DNA of 46,750 nt from Bdellovibrionales bacterium. GTDB lineage: Archaea; Nanobdellota; Nanobdellia; Woesearchaeales; UBA583. Location: contig CAXPJQ010000014.1 in the NCBI GenBank assembly GCA_964217375.1, forward strand, positions 1 to 46,750, read 5' to 3'. The notes under the pieces were generated by a model, which worked only from the letters and a program-made list of their open reading frames with translations, searched no databases and was not told where the DNA came from. Every line of letters begins with the position of its first letter. Within the stretch, counting starts at the first letter, position 1. This document shows, one piece after another, positions 43,538 to 46,750 of the stretch. A program made the translations under genes and the position numbers.

Positions 43538-45655
43538 TTATAGACTTCCTTGTTTTTTTAATTTTCTTTTATATATAATACTTAGAGTGGATGGAACAAC
43601 TAAAAGAGTTACCAAAAAAATTGATAAAATTCCAAAAGCTAAAGAGAATCCAAGCCTTTGAGTTCCAAGTAAATTTGCAAAAGTTAGAGCTAAAAACCCA
43701 ACAAAAGTTGTAAGTGAAGCTAAAAAGATTGCTTTTCCTGAAGTTGAGAGAGTTTGTTCAATTGAGAGTTTAATATTTTTAGTTCTTCTAATGTATTTTC
43801 TAATTCCATCAACTAAATGAATTGAAAAATCAACTCCAATCCCTAAAACTAATGAAACTATTCCTGTTGAGAGGGAAGTAAATGGAACTCCAAAAAACCC
43901 CATTAAACCAACAGTCCATATAACTGCAATTAAAATTGGGAATAATGATAAAATCCCAACATAAATTGAAGCATATAAAATTGAAGCAACTAAAAAAACT
44001 AACAAAAATCCAATTAAAGTAGTTTTAGTGGCATCAGATTGTAGAGAATCTCCCAATTCATCAAATCTCACAATATCACCATAATATGATATTTGAGTAT
44101 CTTTAATTGAGTGTTTATCAACTATATCTTTTATTTCTTTATATACAACAGATTTACCATCGTCTCCTTGAACTAAATTCTGAGTAGAAATAACAATTCT
44201 AGTTAATGTGAAATCTCTATTAAAGTAATTAGAGTAATTATTAGTTAATTGAGAGTAATAATTATTTGTATCTAAATCTAAATTTGTAAATGGAGAATTT
44301 ATACTCTCAATTTGAGGAATTCTCATTAAATCAGATTCTAAATTTTGAACATCTCTTGCAATTTGAATATCTCTTAAATCTCCAATTTCTGAAATTAAAA
44401 TAATTGAGAGAGATTCTTGATTTCCAAACCTATAATTAATTTCTCTAAATGATGTTGAAGTAGGATCATCATCTGGAATCCAGTTTGAATTAGATGTTGA
44501 AAACTCAACTTGGGAAGCTCCAATTATCATAACTATAGTCATAAACCCAACACCCCATAAAATAATTTTTGCATAATTAGTTTGATATGCTGCAAGTTTG
44601 GATAATATATCAACAACCCTTTGAAAAAATGAATTTGGTTTAGTTTCAATTTTATGAAAAAATAAAGTCATTAAAATTGGAAATGAAATAAAAGTCATTG
44701 AATAAATAATTGCAATACCTATACTTAAAACAATTCCTTGAGCTTGAGAGGATGGCGATACTCCAAAAATCATTGCAATAAAACCTGCAAAAGTTGTTAA
44801 AAAGGATGCAGTAATTGGGAGTTTTAAATCAGAAATTGTATGATATAGAGCATCATAGTGTGAATCATGTTCAAGTCTTGCCTTATTATAATGAATTGCA
44901 ATATGTATCCCATAATCTGCCCCAAGACCAAGAACTAAAACTCCAACTGCTGCAAGAGTCATTGTAACTGGGATGTTTAATAAAACCATCATTGAAGATA
45001 AAAAAATTAAACTAATTACAGGTGTTGAGAGAGTAACTAATGAAAAAGTAATATCTCTTGAATACCAATATAAAATTAAAAAAATAAAGATAATTGTAAT
45101 TCCAATTGTTTTTAAATTATCTTGAATTAAAAGAGTTGAAATCTTATCAATTAAAACTGGAGTTCCAGTAATTTGAGTGTTAACTCCAACAGGCTCACCT
45201 ACTTCTTGAACTAAATAGTTAAACTCTGATAAAACATCTTTAAATGAACCAATATAATTTGGTGTTTGAAGAGTTAAAAATAACTGAGCTAATCTACTAT
45301 CATCTGAGATAATAGGTCCTGAAATTTCTTTTAAATATGAAGATTCACTAAGAGTTAACTTTAATTCATTAATATATAAATCAACTCTTGTATCATTTAA
45401 TGATGTAACTCTATTTTCTAAAATATTATTTTCATCAAGAGAAATTGAAATTAAAATGACATCATTTTGTTCAAAGGCATTAGAAATAATTCTATCATTT
45501 GTATTAAATTGAGAATCTTTTGCAACTAATCTCCCAAAATCAGGATCAATTTGAAGATTTGAACCAATATAAATCCCTGAAATAATTATAAAAAATAATA
45601 GTAAAAATAAAACTTTTGAGTACTGTATTTGAAATTTTACTATCTTATCTAACAT
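43538..45655 (-). CDS. MMPL/RND-superfamily exporter (HAE3/COG1033-like)
   Basis: Two 6-TM bundles separated by extracytoplasmic domains. GLGADYGIHI and GIGVDFSIHL are the duplicated MMPL motifs. Confidence 0.8.
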   Translation of the reverse strand: MLDKIVKFQIQYSKVLFLLLFFIIISGIYIGSNLQIDPDFGRLVAKDSQFNTNDRIISNAFEQNDVILISISLDENNILENRVTSLNDTRVDLYINELKLTLSESSYLKEISGPIISDDSRLAQLFLTLQTPNYIGSFKDVLSEFNYLVQEVGEPVGVNTQITGTPVLIDKISTLLIQDNLKTIGITIIFIFLILYWYSRDITFSLVTLSTPVISLIFLSSMMVLLNIPVTMTLAAVGVLVLGLGADYGIHIAIHYNKARLEHDSHYDALYHTISDLKLPITASFLTTFAGFIAMIFGVSPSSQAQGIVLSIGIAIIYSMTFISFPILMTLFFHKIETKPNSFFQRVVDILSKLAAYQTNYAKIILWGVGFMTIVMIIGASQVEFSTSNSNWIPDDDPTSTSFREINYRFGNQESLSIILISEIGDLRDIQIARDVQNLESDLMRIPQIESINSPFTNLDLDTNNYYSQLTNNYSNYFNRDFTLTRIVISTQNLVQGDDGKSVVYKEIKDIVDKHSIKDTQISYYGDIVRFDELGDSLQSDATKTTLIGFLLVFLVASILYASIYVGILSLFPILIAVIWTVGLMGFFGVPFTSLSTGIVSLVLGIGVDFSIHLVDGIRKYIRRTKNIKLSIEQTLSTSGKAIFLASLTTFVGFLALTFANLLGTQRLGFSLAFGILSIFLVTLLVVPSTLSIIYKRKLKKQGSL

Positions 45656-45778
45656 TTTAAACTAAATATTATTATATAATATAAAATAACTTGAGAAGTC
45701 AAGTTAATAATTAAAAAGAATTTAGTATTTATAAATATAACTGATACTTTGAAAATCAAAATATTTTATTTTGAAAAT

Positions 45779-46207
45779 TTATTTGGATAAATTATGAACT
45801 ATTTTTCTAGTTATATCAATAAAAATTGCTTGTTCTTCAGGGTTTAGAGTTTTTAATATCTTTGAGGATATCTCTAAATGTTTTTCATGAAAATATGATG
45901 CTACTTTTTTTCCTTTGGCAAGTAATTCAATTGAAACTCTACGTCTATCATCTTTATCATAAACTCTTTTAACATATTTACCCTCAATTAATTTATCAAT
46001 TGCAGAAGTCATAGTACCTGGAGTAATTTGCATTTCATGAGATAACTCTGACATTGTTTTGGGGCCAGAGAATAAAAACTCAATAATTTTACAATCCTTA
46101 ATAGAACAATCTGATTTGAAAGAAGAATCTTTTGCAACAATTTTTTTAAATTCATTTCCAATTATTGAAAAATTTTGAGCTAAGATTTCTTCCTTATTAA
46201 TATCCAT
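45779..46207 (-). CDS. MarR-family transcription regulator
   Basis: MSELSHEMQITPGTMTSAIDKLIEGKYVKRVYDKDDRRRVSIELLAKGKK is a canonical MarR wHTH and wing. Confidence 0.8.
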   Translation of the reverse strand: MDINKEEILAQNFSIIGNEFKKIVAKDSSFKSDCSIKDCKIIEFLFSGPKTMSELSHEMQITPGTMTSAIDKLIEGKYVKRVYDKDDRRRVSIELLAKGKKVASYFHEKHLEISSKILKTLNPEEQAIFIDITRKIVHNLSK

Positions 46208-46256
46208 AATCTATACTCTACTTTAGAATTTATAAAAGTTATGAAATATTTGATTT

Positions 46257-46610
46257 TCAAACATTTAATGAATTAATTAAATAAATTGAATACACCATTA
46301 AAATTAAACAAAAAAAGTAAAGAACAGTTAAAAACATAAACATTTCTTTTTTTTTTAATAACTTTTTATCTAAATCATATTCATCATCATAAAATAATCT
46401 AATTGCAAAAGACATACTTTTACCTGAAGTAACAAATTGAAAATAAGTATAATTATCAGGATTAATTTTATTATAAAAAAAAGAAAACTCAGATTTGATG
46501 TAATAAAAAATTGATTTTAAAACAAGTTGTCTTAAAAAATATATCAACATAAAAAAAACAATTAAACCTATTGCAAAATTCTGAGGAGTAATTGAAATCA
46601 TTTCTATCAT
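46257..46610 (-). CDS. Small membrane protein
   Basis: Hydrophobic spans at both the N- and C-termini. No family recognised. Confidence 0.4.
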   Translation of the reverse strand: MIEMISITPQNFAIGLIVFFMLIYFLRQLVLKSIFYYIKSEFSFFYNKINPDNYTYFQFVTSGKSMSFAIRLFYDDEYDLDKKLLKKKEMFMFLTVLYFFCLILMVYSIYLINSLNV

Positions 46611-46645
46611 GTTAAAGTTAGTTAAAAAAGATTATTTAAATCTTT

Positions 46646-46750
46646 TTATTTTTTTGTTTTAGTAGTTTTTTTAGCTGAAGCCTTTTTAGTTACTTTTTTT
46701 GATGAGGATTTTGACTTTTTAACTACCTTTTTAGGAGTTGCTTTCTTAAC
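46646..46750 (-). CDS. 3' end of a gene running off the window; lysine-rich tail (..VKKATPKKVVKKSKSSSKKVTKKASAKKTTKTKK*)
   Basis: The minus-strand frame is open from the window edge to TAA at 46648-46646. The composition resembles a histone-H1-like or nucleic-acid-binding tail. Confidence 0.35.
   Translation of the reverse strand, partial: VKKATPKKVVKKSKSSSKKVTKKASAKKTTKTKK

Overview
This is a very AT-rich, densely coding window with archaeal hallmarks, possibly from a DPANN-type genome (inference). The hallmarks are an FlaK/PibD-type A24 prepilin peptidase, tRNA genes without encoded CCA, an SSV-type partitioned integrase and a pRN-like PrimPol replicase. No rRNA gene or CRISPR array is visible.

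The window has three parts.

(1) 1-12.8 kb, host-like. It holds a repeat-containing gene with a possible -1 frameshift site, a kinase-phosphatase-ligase (Pnkp-like) RNA-repair protein, envelope and secreted proteins, an A24 peptidase with two small membrane paralogues, a 1194-aa duplicated-module surface protein and a secreted DNase I-like (EEP) nuclease.

(2) 12,861-35,016, a ~22.1-kb integrated plasmid/provirus-like element.
- It is bounded by a perfect 21-bp direct repeat inside a tRNA-Thr(GGU) gene.
- Its tyrosine-recombinase gene is split into Int(C) at the left end and Int(N) at the right end. Recombination at the repeats would rebuild one 355-codon ORF.
- By manual folding, integration splits the host tRNA and neither junction regenerates it. 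The element carries its own intact tRNA-Thr(GGU).
- Cargo includes a 12.6-kb, 12-gene, translationally coupled minus-strand operon. In it hsdM, hsdS and hsdR are interleaved with a PIN-like protein, a PD-(D/E)xK protein, small membrane and zinc-ribbon proteins, two membrane-anchored beta-rich proteins, an Mrr/NERD-like protein, a zinc-ribbon/HEPN-like protein and a family-6 UDG (hypoxanthine-DNA glycosylase)-like protein.
- It also carries a DUF262/DUF1524/HEPN GmrSD-like gene and an RHH-PrimPol/SF3-helicase replication module.

(3) 35-46.7 kb, host-like. It holds an acidic-repeat lipoprotein, a beta-helix protein next to a VTC-domain + DUF4956 pair, an orphan CARF-wHTH (Csa3-like) regulator beside a paralogue of an element gene, and a MarR / RND(MMPL)-type exporter / S-layer-domain cluster.

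All functional calls rest on motifs read by eye. No HMM or BLAST search was possible, so they should be treated as hypotheses.
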